A stretch of DNA of 64,000 nucleotides. It comes from Chloroflexia bacterium (GTDB lineage: Bacteria; Chloroflexota; Chloroflexia; QHBQ01; JADMIH01). Position numbers and translations under genes: made by a program. The DNA is taken from assembly GCA_036386675.1 (NCBI GenBank), contig DASVVE010000016.1, positions 122,561-186,560 on the forward strand. Reading direction: 5' to 3'. This document shows, one piece after another, positions 38,073 through 47,017 of the stretch. Position 1 is the stretch's first letter. Each line of letters begins with the position of its first letter. The notes under the pieces are model-generated. The model had not been told where the DNA came from and did no database searches. It was given only the letters and a program-made list of their open reading frames with translations.

Positions 38073-38408
38073 TTAGGCTTCGGTCGCGACCTCTTCAGTC
38101 TCGGTGGCCTCAGCCTGTGGGGCGGGGCGGCGCTCCTGGGGAGGAGGCGGCACGTTGGCCCTGTTGCCGGAGCCGCGGCGGGCGACCCGGACCTCATTGC
38201 TGGTCACGGTGCGGTTGCCCATGCGGCGCATGAAGCGCTCTACCTGGCCCGCCGTGTCAACGATGCGCTGCTCGCCGGTATAGAATGGGTGACAATTGCT
38301 GCAAAGGTCCGTCTTGAGGACTTCCTTGGTAGACATCGTCTGCCAGGTGTTGCCGCAAGCGCAGTGAACCGTTGCAAGTACGTACTTGGGGTGGATTCCT
38401 GCCTTCAT
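38073..38408 (-). CDS. rpmE: 50S ribosomal protein L31 with a ~40-aa Pro/Glu-rich C-terminal extension
   Basis: MKAGIHPKY...CxC...CSNCHPFYTG core, then ...NVPPPPQERRPAPQAEATETEEVATEA. Confidence 0.9.
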   Translation of the reverse strand: MKAGIHPKYVLATVHCACGNTWQTMSTKEVLKTDLCSNCHPFYTGEQRIVDTAGQVERFMRRMGNRTVTSNEVRVARRGSGNRANVPPPPQERRPAPQAEATETEEVATEA

Positions 38409-38428
38409 TGTTGTTTTACCTCGCTTGT

Positions 38429-38529
38429 TTAATTACGAATTACTAATTACGAATTACCAATTGTTTGTTACGAACCACGAATTACCACTTCCGAAATACC
38501 TGAGTAATTCGTAATTAGTAATTCGTAAC
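38429..38529. repeat. Palindromic element of TAATTACGAAT tandem repeats between rpmA and rpmE
   Basis: aattacgaattactaattacgaattaccaatt ... gagtaattcgtaattagtaattcgtaa. Confidence 0.75.
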
Positions 38530-38533
38530 TCGG

Positions 38534-38830
38534 CTACGCAGTAGCCGTAGCGGTCTCGGCAACCTGTCCGTTGGCGCGCTCGGCGTACACGCTGACCCGC
38601 TTCCTGTCCTTGGTGGCGTTCTCAAACTTGACGTAGCCATCCACGAGCGAGAAGAGGGTGTGGTCGCGGCCGAGGCCCACGTTGTTGCCGGGGTGGATCT
38701 TGGTGCCGCGCTGGCGCACGATGATGCTGCCGGAGCGGACGGCCTGTCCATCGCCGCACTTCACGCCGAGCATCTTCGGGTTGCTGTCTCGACCGTTGCG
38801 GGACGAACCTACACCTTTTTTATGAGCCAT
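38534..38830 (-). CDS. rpmA: 50S ribosomal protein L27
   Basis: [19 protein letters not shown]...[19 protein letters not shown]. Confidence 0.95.
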   Translation of the reverse strand: MAHKKGVGSSRNGRDSNPKMLGVKCGDGQAVRSGSIIVRQRGTKIHPGNNVGLGRDHTLFSLVDGYVKFENATKDRKRVSVYAERANGQVAETATATA

Positions 38831-38847
38831 TGCTTTCTCCCTTCGGG

Positions 38848-38934
38848 AGAGTGGATAGTGGATAGTGGATAGTGGTTAGAAGCTCTTTGCTAACCACTAT
38901 CCACTATCCACTATCCACTATCCACTATCCACTC
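38848..38934. repeat. Palindromic element of GTGGATA tandem repeats between rplU and rpmA
   Basis: gagagtggatagtggatagtggatagtggttag-aagctctttg-ctaaccactatccactatccactatccactatccactcc. Confidence 0.75.
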
Positions 38935-38937
38935 CAG

Positions 38938-39252
38938 TTACAGAGCGATTTCCTTGATCGAGAGCCTGGTGAGGCCCTGGCGGTGACCCGTCTTGCGGCG
39001 GATGCGCTTCTTCGGCTTGTACTTGAACACAACGAGCTTGGGGCCTTTGGCCTGCCCGATGACGGTGGCGATCACACGAGCGCCCGCGACTGTGGGTGTG
39101 CCAACTTGCACGCCGTTGTCGCCCCCGCCCACCATGAGCACCTCGCCCAGCTCTACCTGGCTGCCCTTCTCGGCATCAAGCAGTTCTACCTCTATCGTAT
39201 CACCGGGAGCTACCCTGAACTGGTGGCCTCCGGCCTTTATGATTGCGTACAC
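38938..39252 (-). CDS. rplU: 50S ribosomal protein L21
   Basis: MYAIIKAGGHQFRVAPGDTIEVE...KYKPKKRIRRKTGHRQ. Confidence 0.95.
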   Translation of the reverse strand: MYAIIKAGGHQFRVAPGDTIEVELLDAEKGSQVELGEVLMVGGGDNGVQVGTPTVAGARVIATVIGQAKGPKLVVFKYKPKKRIRRKTGHRQGLTRLSIKEIAL

Positions 39253-39488
39253 CTAATTTCCTCCGCTACTATTTGGGTCACAGCCTCTAATTATATCCGC
39301 GTTTGGGCGTGCTGTCAAGCGTGAAACTCGAGGCGAGAGCGCAGCTTAGGGGTCGCGGATTCTCTGCATGTGCAGTACGTACGGTATGCAGCCGGAAGCA
39401 GCGGAAGCGCAAGTAGTACAAATACGAGGAGGACTTGCACCGGCTCATGCTCTGCATGTTCAGGAAGCTGGCTGAAGGGGCAAGACAG

Positions 39489-40088
39489 CTAAGGACTAGC
39501 GTGGAGAGTGTTGAGGATCAGAGAAGCATTGCGCGCCCAAGTCTCACGATAGAAGGCGAGGATTAAGAGGTCCATGTAATGGCCGTTCCAAAAGACGTGC
39601 TCCCGCAATCGCCCTTCTTCAACGAAGAACCGCCCAATGCCGCTCTTGAAGCCCTGGTAGCTCTCTTCAGTGCTCTCCATATAGATCTTTCTGAAGGGCC
39701 AGGCGTTGAACGCATAGTTGAAGCCCAGCGCTATGCCCTCGGCAATCAGCCCGGCCCCCTGCACTTCGGGCACGCCAATCGCTGAAAGGTAGGCGAAGCC
39801 ATCCCGAAAGTTGGGCGAAGTAATTGCGATTAGTCCCAAAGGTTGCCCGGAATCGACGCCTTCGACAATAAACTGGGCAAGGACGCTCTCCCATAGTGAC
39901 CCGGCGATCTTGTCTGGGCTAGGCGTGGCCCCGGCGAAACGGACACGCCCGCCGGACAACGGCGAGGTCATAAGGTCATAAAGAAAGAAGCTGTCCTGGT
40001 CTGAAATGACCCGCAGGCGGATGTGCCGCGTGCGCATCAGCGGGAAGGGACGTAGTGGCTGTTGTCCGGTAGCGGAGTCGTCAGACAA
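39489..40088 (-). CDS. GNAT-family acetyltransferase (Acetyltransf_3/RimL-like)
   Basis: TRHIRLRVISDQD...LYDLM N-terminus typical of PF13302. Last gene of the MauE-like operon. Confidence 0.7.
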   Translation of the reverse strand: MSDDSATGQQPLRPFPLMRTRHIRLRVISDQDSFFLYDLMTSPLSGGRVRFAGATPSPDKIAGSLWESVLAQFIVEGVDSGQPLGLIAITSPNFRDGFAYLSAIGVPEVQGAGLIAEGIALGFNYAFNAWPFRKIYMESTEESYQGFKSGIGRFFVEEGRLREHVFWNGHYMDLLILAFYRETWARNASLILNTLHASP

Positions 40089-40812
40089 GACTTATGGCCC
40101 CGGCCAGAATGAACAGGCTGGCAGCTACCGAGACGAAGCTGTCAGAGCCGCGAATGAAGAGGCTGGCGGACTGCAAGCGGTTGGAGGCGACCAGTTGCAT
40201 CATAAGCGGCACGGCTCGCCCGAGTCCAAACCCCAGGGCCACAAGCAGAGCATTTGCAAGGGTGAATTGTGCAAGGAGTAGTGCGAGCAGCAGAATATAG
40301 GGTGCGGCTGAGGGCACGTAGGTGCGCAGTCCCGTTCCTAGTTCCACTCCGAACCGGTAGGCACCGCGAACGAGGCTCCCACCGAACACCTCGGCAGGGA
40401 TCAGGCGCCGCGACTCAGGTAAAGAGATGATGCTCGACAGCGGGCCATCCTTGGACAACAAGACAAAGACCGCTGCTATGCCAAGCATGGCAGCCCGCAC
40501 CTCAGCACTGAGCGGTTCGGCAAAACCGCTCAGTACCCACGCGCAAAATCCTGTGAGCAAGGCTCCATGCGAAGTCCCCACCAGGTATGCGGCGACGATC
40601 TTATAGTCGAACAGGGACCGATGTCTCTTGGGCGGCAGCAACACGGCTGCGCTGTTAAGACTTCAAATCGACCCCGCGAGCGACAACCCCGCAGCGAAGC
40701 CTATGCTCAGTGTAATGAGTGTTTCGGTCCGCACGAGCGCGGTCGCACCGATAAGCCCGGCGAGGATCACCCAGATCCACGAAACTGGTCTTGTCAAGGC
40801 ACTTATGGACAT
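40081..40812 (-). CDS. Integral membrane protein interrupted by a single in-frame TGA (plus 40663-40665). Possibly a CcdA/DsbD-like thiol-disulfide transporter; either a pseudogene or recoded.
   Basis: ORFs 40663-40851 and 40081-40644 are in the same frame, separated only by tga: ...FAAGLSLAGSI*SLNSAAVLLPPKRH.... ~8 TM in total. The resemblance to the CcdA motif AGLxSFxSPCVLPLLP is loose. Confidence 0.35.
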
Positions 40813-41447
40813 AGCGTTAGCTGGTCGTCGCAGGACACGAGGCCCTGGCATATAGTAGGCTCCCAGTAATCGTTACCGTCAAACTTCTTGTAGCCATCGT
40901 GGCACCGGAATACCGCCGACTGCTGGCAGTTCCCACAAGCGCCCACCTTCCACTTCCAGGCATCTTTGCCGTTGCAAACGTCAGGCTCTCTGTCTTTGTA
41001 CTGAATACTACCTCGCAGGCCGGTGAAATGCCAGTTGTACGATGGATTGTTGACTGGATCGGCAGCCTGCTCGGCGCACGTAGCACAAAACCAGGGGTCC
41101 ATATGGTCTGGAGCGAAGCCAAAGCAAGCTTCGTTGCAGGTACCGCCATATGGAGGATAGCCTGCACAATCGTAGTAGGTGGTGTAACTTGCACTGGCTG
41201 CCCGTTCGAGCGTCCCGATATTCGCTAATTCGCCGAGCGCTCCGAGAGCGCCTCCTCTTGCGGCCGTTGCCGTCTGCAAGCGCTGCACAAGTTGCATTCC
41301 GAGAGGTACCCCAATCAAGCTCAAGATGTTGCCCTTGCGCATTGGATGGTCCGGGTATGCTTCCACAACGTCCGAGTCGGTGCTGGGCCGCCGCCCCAAC
41401 CTTTCCGCTCCTTCGATAGTAGGAATGTCCTGTATGTCAAAGTTCAT
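40803..41447 (-). CDS. 12-Cys protein with an N-terminal ~90-aa non-hydrophobic region and a ~125-aa C-terminal Cys/Trp-rich domain
   Basis: Strong RBS aggagg 6 nt upstream of ATG 41447. C-terminal domain YYDCAGYPPYGGTCNEACFG...DPWFCATCAEQ...VCNGKDAWKWKVGACGNCQQ...RCHDGY...YWEPTICQGLVSCDDQLTLCP. No N-terminal signal peptide. Confidence 0.55.
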   Translation of the reverse strand: MNFDIQDIPTIEGAERLGRRPSTDSDVVEAYPDHPMRKGNILSLIGVPLGMQLVQRLQTATAARGGALGALGELANIGTLERAASASYTTYYDCAGYPPYGGTCNEACFGFAPDHMDPWFCATCAEQAADPVNNPSYNWHFTGLRGSIQYKDREPDVCNGKDAWKWKVGACGNCQQSAVFRCHDGYKKFDGNDYWEPTICQGLVSCDDQLTLCP

Positions 41448-41494
41448 GGTGGTCCTCCTGTCATTTGATCCCCACTAGCTAGATGGAATATCGA

Positions 41495-42013
41495 CTATGC
41501 AACCGCCAGCAGTTTATTAAGCGAATCCAACGAATTGATTGGCGTTGCTTTGAGGACTCTGCCATCTGCGCCTGCTACGAGTGCAAAAGGGGTGACCCGG
41601 ATCCCAAGCTCGGTACTGATTTGCGGCCCGGCGTGCAGGACGGTGGCATTTGAGGGAATGTCCGGGGCAGGCGAGGGCAACTGATCGACCCAGGCAACGG
41701 CCAGGGGGGCGTTCGACGGCAGATGCAGATGCTGTAGCTCGTTCAATACGCGCGCGCATGAAGTGCAATTCGAGGAGAGGAATACAAGCACCCGTGGTAC
41801 TACAGGCGACTCCCCGAGGAGGTCCTGTAATCGTCTACCGAGCAAGTTAGCATAGGGTGTGTTTTCCTTGGAAACGGACGCGGCCCGTTCGAGTCGCTGT
41901 AGCCGCGAGTGCAGGTTCCCGATTACCAGCATGAGCAAGAGCACCGCAACCCAGGTGACAAAGAGAGCGGCGAAAGCGAAGCTTGACCGGGAGTCCAGCA
42001 AAGTATCAAACAT
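41495..42013 (-). CDS. Membrane-anchored thioredoxin-like protein (TlpA/ResA/MauD-like), CxxC = CTSC
   Basis: N-terminal TM FAFAALFVTWVAVLLLMLVIG, then a redoxin-fold region VLVFLSSNCTSCARVL. Confidence 0.7.
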   Translation of the reverse strand: MFDTLLDSRSSFAFAALFVTWVAVLLLMLVIGNLHSRLQRLERAASVSKENTPYANLLGRRLQDLLGESPVVPRVLVFLSSNCTSCARVLNELQHLHLPSNAPLAVAWVDQLPSPAPDIPSNATVLHAGPQISTELGIRVTPFALVAGADGRVLKATPINSLDSLNKLLAVA

Positions 42014-42581
42014 TGTTGCTACCTTCTGTTTGGCGTAGCCCCGCCGAGAAGGCGGGGAGCATGAAGACGGCTGTGGTTAGTGTCATACCCCAGGCGAGGG
42101 GCAATGCGGCAGCGAAACCTAATAGCTCATATCCGGCATCCAGCGAGCGGCCAAATCCGAGTCCGGTAACTACCAGACCCAGCACCGACATCAACAGAAG
42201 CGCGGAAGCTGGAACGATGGAGGCCGGTGTTAGGGGGCCTGCGAAGGGCGAGCAGCCACAGGAGGTAATACCCGCCGGCCTTCTGAGCAGCAGACGGATA
42301 TATAACACGAACGCAGCCCCGGCTACAGTGGAGAGCGCGAAGAGAGGTAATGCCACTGGCGCAAACTCTGAATTTAGCAGCACCAACACGAACGCACCGC
42401 CTGCTACAGTTTCCAGGACTGTAACCAGGATTGAAGCCGGGGTCGCAAGCCGGGTTGGAACGATGCCATGAGAGCGCACAAGGCTTCTAAAGTGAGCGAA
42501 GCCCAGCAGATGGCCCATGCCGCCGATCAAAAGTGTCGTAGCAACATATCCGAGACTAAGGTAGTAGGCGAAAGTCATCAA
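42006..42581 (-). CDS. MauE-like (methylamine-utilisation protein MauE / DoxX-like) membrane protein with a CGC motif
   Basis: 191 aa, 4-5 TM, with ...LETVAGGAFVLVLL... and GITSCGCSPFAGP resembling the MauE xDCGCFG signature. Confidence 0.55.
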   Translation of the reverse strand: MMTFAYYLSLGYVATTLLIGGMGHLLGFAHFRSLVRSHGIVPTRLATPASILVTVLETVAGGAFVLVLLNSEFAPVALPLFALSTVAGAAFVLYIRLLLRRPAGITSCGCSPFAGPLTPASIVPASALLLMSVLGLVVTGLGFGRSLDAGYELLGFAAALPLAWGMTLTTAVFMLPAFSAGLRQTEGSNNV

Positions 42582-43285
42582 CGGTTACTTCTCGGCGACC
42601 ATTCCACCCGCAAGCTCTGCGTCATAGCCAGCATCTCTCGTGAGTCGGCTTCAGTGAGCGGATCAATCCTCACGACAGATGTTGGACTCACGAATATCAA
42701 CGCATTGCTGCCCTCTCGAATACGAAAGAGCTCTCCAGTGTTGGTCGCGAGTCCTCTCATCCTGGGGATGCCTTGAAGTGTACTGTGGATTGCAGGCTGG
42801 ATGTTGAGCACGCCCAATCCGGGGATTTCTTTGATCACTTGAGGCTCTCGCGGCTGCGGTGTAATAGGGGAGTCGATAGCGACCCCTGCCGAGCGTTCGC
42901 TAAACTGGAGGGTATCGAAGACCTCAATGAGGCGCTCTCGCTCCGTGCCGACCATCGAGGTAGTGAGGCAGCCGCTCTTGCCTTCCCAGGCACCAACGGT
43001 CAAGTCCCTGAAGCCGCCTGTCGCCGTTGCCATCCTCACCTCGGCGACCCGGAGCTTCCCGCCTTTGAGGTCGTAGTCCTCTACCGCCTTACGTGTAATT
43101 GCGTTATTTCGGCGTACTGCCTTCTCGACGGAGGCGGTATAACCAGCAGGATATACCGCGAATGGGTGCGCACGCATAAGCGAGGGAACGATTGCCCAGC
43201 CGGTCGTGCTGATTCGCGTGGACAGATCAGCGTCCGCTTCAACCGTAATTATGGACCCGTCGATTGCTAGATGTTCCACCCTCAT
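42578..43285 (-). CDS. Hypothetical soluble protein (235 aa), first gene of the MauE-like operon
   Basis: No recognisable motif. Overlaps the MauE-like start by 4 nt; a ~490-bp AT-rich region lies upstream. Confidence 0.5.
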   Translation of the reverse strand: MRVEHLAIDGSIITVEADADLSTRISTTGWAIVPSLMRAHPFAVYPAGYTASVEKAVRRNNAITRKAVEDYDLKGGKLRVAEVRMATATGGFRDLTVGAWEGKSGCLTTSMVGTERERLIEVFDTLQFSERSAGVAIDSPITPQPREPQVIKEIPGLGVLNIQPAIHSTLQGIPRMRGLATNTGELFRIREGSNALIFVSPTSVVRIDPLTEADSREMLAMTQSLRVEWSPRSNR

Positions 43286-43779
43286 AAGACACCTCCTCGC
43301 TCAATAGTTCAGCTTTAAGGAACATATTGCGGTCTATTCGAGGCTGAATAGACCTTGTTGTCAGGGGACTCCCAGGCCGCCGGGCCGGCTAAGAAGGATA
43401 CGCTAGAGGTATGGCGGGTGCGGAAGCTATGATTCGAGTATGGACCAGTCGAATGGAGAGCTTTACCGGTTGTTAGATTTGCAAGTTGCCTGGGGACGTT
43501 ATAGCAGTCTAGCTTTGAAGCATAGATTCTCGTGCAAAGTAGTTAGATCTTGTTAGACCAGTAGATTGTACGACAATCAGATAGCTAACATTCTACATCC
43601 AGTCAACTCCTATGTCAATAGGTTTCACAAGAAACGACGAAGCAGTAGAGTGAGCTAGGCCTTGACGTTTGGACCAGGGAAGCAAATTTCACCGTTCCCT
43701 CTATTACCGGGTGCTCATAAGTGGGGCTGTGCCGTGGCTGGTTTGTTGCTCATGGACACTAGTTTTCACCGAACGTGCT

Positions 43780-44955
43780 CTAACACGACTTGTCCGTGAC
43801 GGGCAGTGCTGCCTCAATCCTGACTGAGTGGCTGGACAGCCAGCTACGCCCCTTCAGGAGGAGCGCGCCGCACAACAACGCCACCAGCGCTGACATGGCA
43901 AGGTATGTTGTGTGGACCCCGAACCCGTCGGCCAGCAGCCCCAGTCCAGGCTCGGTTACCGTCAGGAAGACTGTAGCAAATAGGGACTGTATCGAGAGGA
44001 CCGTAGCCCGCGCATCATCCGGTACGCGGCCCTGGATGACGGCAAGCAGCACCGGCTGGGTAAGCGCGAACAGAAAGGCGGCCATAGCGGCCATGATGAG
44101 GATTGGTATGACCGGGGCTACACCGAGCAGCAGCAGGCAGAATACCAGGAATAGAGGCACGCCAAGGAGGAGTCTGTCTGTGCCGATGCTCCTCTGTGCC
44201 CCTGGCACGGCAAGCGACCCGGCGATGCTCATCCCTTGCACGCCCACCATGACCACCCCCAACGCTACTACCGGCAGACCCACAGCGAGCGTATAGGGCT
44301 GCAGGAAGACCTCCACATAGAAGCCGACGCAACCCAACACGACCAGGTACGCGATCGCCCAACGCAGAGTAGCGTGTTCGCGTAACGCTGATACGGCCTG
44401 TATGACGATCTGTGTGTACGGCGGGTCCTTGCCTGCGTGCTCCTTTCCTTCAGCGACCTGAGATGCCCCACGCGTTTCTCTGAAGGAGAGGATGGGGATT
44501 AGCGTTGCGCCGATAAGGGCGCTCGTGATGAAGGCGGGTAGCACCAGGTCTACGGAGGCGATGGCCCCCACCGCCAGGCCCGCGATCATGGCGCTGACCA
44601 TTCTGATTGCCCTGGCATGCCCGGCGATCTTCGCGTACTCACCTTCTCTGCCCAGGATTTTCATCGTCTCGAAGAGCAGGGCTTCGTCCGCGCCCGAGCT
44701 AAAGGTCACAGCCAACCCGCCGATGAACTGCGCGGAGGCCATCACCAGGAAGTCACCGGAGAGGGCGAACACCAGCCAAATTACGCAGCCAATGACGGCG
44801 CTGAGTGACAGCGAGAGCTTACGGCCGTACTTGTCGGCTACGATGCCAGTAGGTATCTCAAACAGGAAGATGCCGAGCCAGAAGGGGAGGTCGAGGAGGG
44901 TGACTTCCGTAAGACTGTACCCATAGTGCTGCTGTAGAAAGACCACCCACAGCAC
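43780..44955 (-). CDS. MFS transporter
   Basis: 12-TM pattern with a DKYGRK loop motif. The annotated GTG start likely truncates the N-terminus: the upstream in-frame sequence ...RLRLLTTEQKYRPNIRSYFLLSGLRGAATGTPIV looks like MFS TM1, but the only candidate start there is CTG. Confidence 0.75.
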   Translation of the reverse strand: MLWVVFLQQHYGYSLTEVTLLDLPFWLGIFLFEIPTGIVADKYGRKLSLSLSAVIGCVIWLVFALSGDFLVMASAQFIGGLAVTFSSGADEALLFETMKILGREGEYAKIAGHARAIRMVSAMIAGLAVGAIASVDLVLPAFITSALIGATLIPILSFRETRGASQVAEGKEHAGKDPPYTQIVIQAVSALREHATLRWAIAYLVVLGCVGFYVEVFLQPYTLAVGLPVVALGVVMVGVQGMSIAGSLAVPGAQRSIGTDRLLLGVPLFLVFCLLLLGVAPVIPILIMAAMAAFLFALTQPVLLAVIQGRVPDDARATVLSIQSLFATVFLTVTEPGLGLLADGFGVHTTYLAMSALVALLCGALLLKGRSWLSSHSVRIEAALPVTDKSC

Positions 44956-45116
44956 AATGGGTGTGCCGGTTGCCGCGCCCCTCAGCCCCGACAGGAGGAA
45001 GTAGCTCCTGATGTTGGGGCGGTACTTTTGCTCTGTCGTTAGAAGACGCAGCCTATTGGACCTCCAGGGTGGCTTTCTTACTGGTGTGGGAGTTTACCAG
45101 ACCTGTGGCGCTCACG

Positions 45117-46640
45117 CTAGTTGCCTGTAAAGGTGTCTTCGAACAGCAGCCAGCGGTCGGCGTGGTAGAAATTGGGCGACTGCCTTACCATGCCCCGCAA
45201 TTCAACGCTGCCTGAGGAGGCGTACAGGACGTATATCTGCCGCGCTGCCAGGTTGGGGTAGACCATCAAGCCGCCGTCGAAGTAGGCCACCACGCCGCCC
45301 GCCTGCGTGCCTGGGGTGTGAGTCTGCACGTCGGCGGGTCCGGTGGCCCAGCCCAGCCTCTCCCGCAGGTTGCGTTCCTTCCATACCTTGAGCATCGTGC
45401 CGGATGGCGCATGGAGGCCTGGGGGTACGTCGGTGGGCGCGGCGGGTATGTTCGCCTCGTACTGCTCGACCCAGTTGAACGTTTGCACGCGCCCATCCTC
45501 GAACAGTGCGTATATGTCATGCACCTCAAGTTGCCGGTAAGCGTCCCGGACCGTGACACTGAGCATTTGCCCATGCTCGAAAAACTGCCGGGCAACTGTC
45601 GTAAACTTCTCCGGCTGGGTCAGGCAGTTCAGGCGTACTTTCACTACCTCGTTCTCGCTGTAGACCTTGCCGAAGCCCCGTGTCGGCCCGTTGGGTGGGC
45701 ATGCGTTCAGCAGCACGCCTGGCTTGCCCGCGCCCTTGTAGCGCCAGTCGTAGTAGTGCTGGCCCACGTTGCCCATCTGCACCTTGAAGCCTTCGGGCGC
45801 GTCGGGCACGTAGGTGAGCACCCGCCGCTCGTACGCCTGCAACAGGGCCAGCGTCTGCTTGCCCGCGATTCCTATACGGGTCCAGTAGGCTTCGCTAACC
45901 GGGTAGCCTGTTACGTAAAAGTACGGCTCGCTCAACCGGGCGGACTTCTGCCGGCCGTTCTCTATCACCGGCCCTTCGGCGTTGAGGAACTGCCAGAACA
46001 CGTCGGGGATGTTGTGTTTGGTGGCAGGCTCGTAGTACGCATACTTGACCCCGAACTGCTCCGGCTGCCCTACCTCTATCGAGGCGGTCACGGAGTTCGG
46101 GTAGCCATCGCCCGCTAGCACCTGGGTGACTGTCGCCCCCACTGCCGCCTGTGCTTCCAACTCTAGCACGTACCCGAGGCTGGCGTAAGTGATCGCTCCC
46201 GTATCACCCGCCACCGGGATCTTCGCGGGGTAGCGGAAGGAGAACTTGCTGTTCCCGGTTTGCATGTTGCCGCTGACAAGCTCTCTTGTCAGCAAGCCGT
46301 TGGTGACGTAGAAGGGGCTGCCTGGGTCCGCGTTGGGGTCGTTGATCTCCATGCGGCTCTTGTCAAAGTACTGCACCTTGCGCTGCCCGCCCGGCCCTTC
46401 GGCGTAGTCTTCCAGCAGCTGGCCGGTGTTGGGCTGCGGCCCCCAGTACCAGCTTCGCTTTACAGCGCCGGTGGCTACCAGGGAATCGGTGCGGTTCCAC
46501 ACTCTCTCGAAAGCAGGGTCGGCAAAGGCGCGTGCCTGTCCCTGGCCAGCTTGTGCAGTCGAGTCAGCGGGCGTGGCGTTCAACAAGATGGGTGCAAGCA
46601 GGGACAGAGTGGTCAGGGCTAGAGGCTGCTGGGTCTTCAC
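45117..46640 (-). CDS. Secreted protein of unknown function (paralog 1)
   Basis: Signal peptide MKTQQPLALTTLSLLAPILLNA. Shares the FADPAFERVW...RSWYWGPQPNTGQ...YFDKSRMEINxP...FYVTNGLLTRELVSGNMQTGNSKF core with the next gene. Confidence 0.6.
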   Translation of the reverse strand: MKTQQPLALTTLSLLAPILLNATPADSTAQAGQGQARAFADPAFERVWNRTDSLVATGAVKRSWYWGPQPNTGQLLEDYAEGPGGQRKVQYFDKSRMEINDPNADPGSPFYVTNGLLTRELVSGNMQTGNSKFSFRYPAKIPVAGDTGAITYASLGYVLELEAQAAVGATVTQVLAGDGYPNSVTASIEVGQPEQFGVKYAYYEPATKHNIPDVFWQFLNAEGPVIENGRQKSARLSEPYFYVTGYPVSEAYWTRIGIAGKQTLALLQAYERRVLTYVPDAPEGFKVQMGNVGQHYYDWRYKGAGKPGVLLNACPPNGPTRGFGKVYSENEVVKVRLNCLTQPEKFTTVARQFFEHGQMLSVTVRDAYRQLEVHDIYALFEDGRVQTFNWVEQYEANIPAAPTDVPPGLHAPSGTMLKVWKERNLRERLGWATGPADVQTHTPGTQAGGVVAYFDGGLMVYPNLAARQIYVLYASSGSVELRGMVRQSPNFYHADRWLLFEDTFTGN

Positions 46641-47017
46641 TGAATGCTCCTCTCTACACTCACTTGTGTTACTACCGTGCTACTGTAATGTTACTACAAA
46701 ATAACTGCCTTGTAACTCCTATGTCTTAAATGTGGACGGACGCCTATTTCAAGCGGTTGCGAGGTATCGTGAGGTATCGCATTGTCTTCCCTACCTGAAC
46801 GTCCGCCAATCCGAACACTCTACCGGCTACACGCTGGCCTGCCTCAGACCGTACAGGAATGAGCTTTCATGCTGTTGTCCCAGACCCCTCACTCTAACCC
46901 TACGGCTAACAACCGGCCCACTTATATTCGCCTGCCCGCGGTCCACGAACCGCGCGCTTAAGTCCTAACCGGGTGGCCTTTCTCGGGTAGCAGCATAGGG
47001 CCTGTAGAGGTATTGAG

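Noticed and set aside
40663-40665. Calling the in-frame TGA a selenocysteine codon
   Set aside because: No SECIS-like structure or Sec machinery is visible in this window, so it is left as an open question rather than a feature call.
40803-41447. Identification of the 12-Cys protein as methylamine dehydrogenase light chain MauA
   Set aside because: Despite 12 Cys, ~125 aa and a MauE/MauD context, the Cys spacing (no CC or CxC pairs) and the positions of the Trp residues do not align with MauA as I recall it. A TTQ-forming Trp pair cannot be placed. It is kept as an unknown family.
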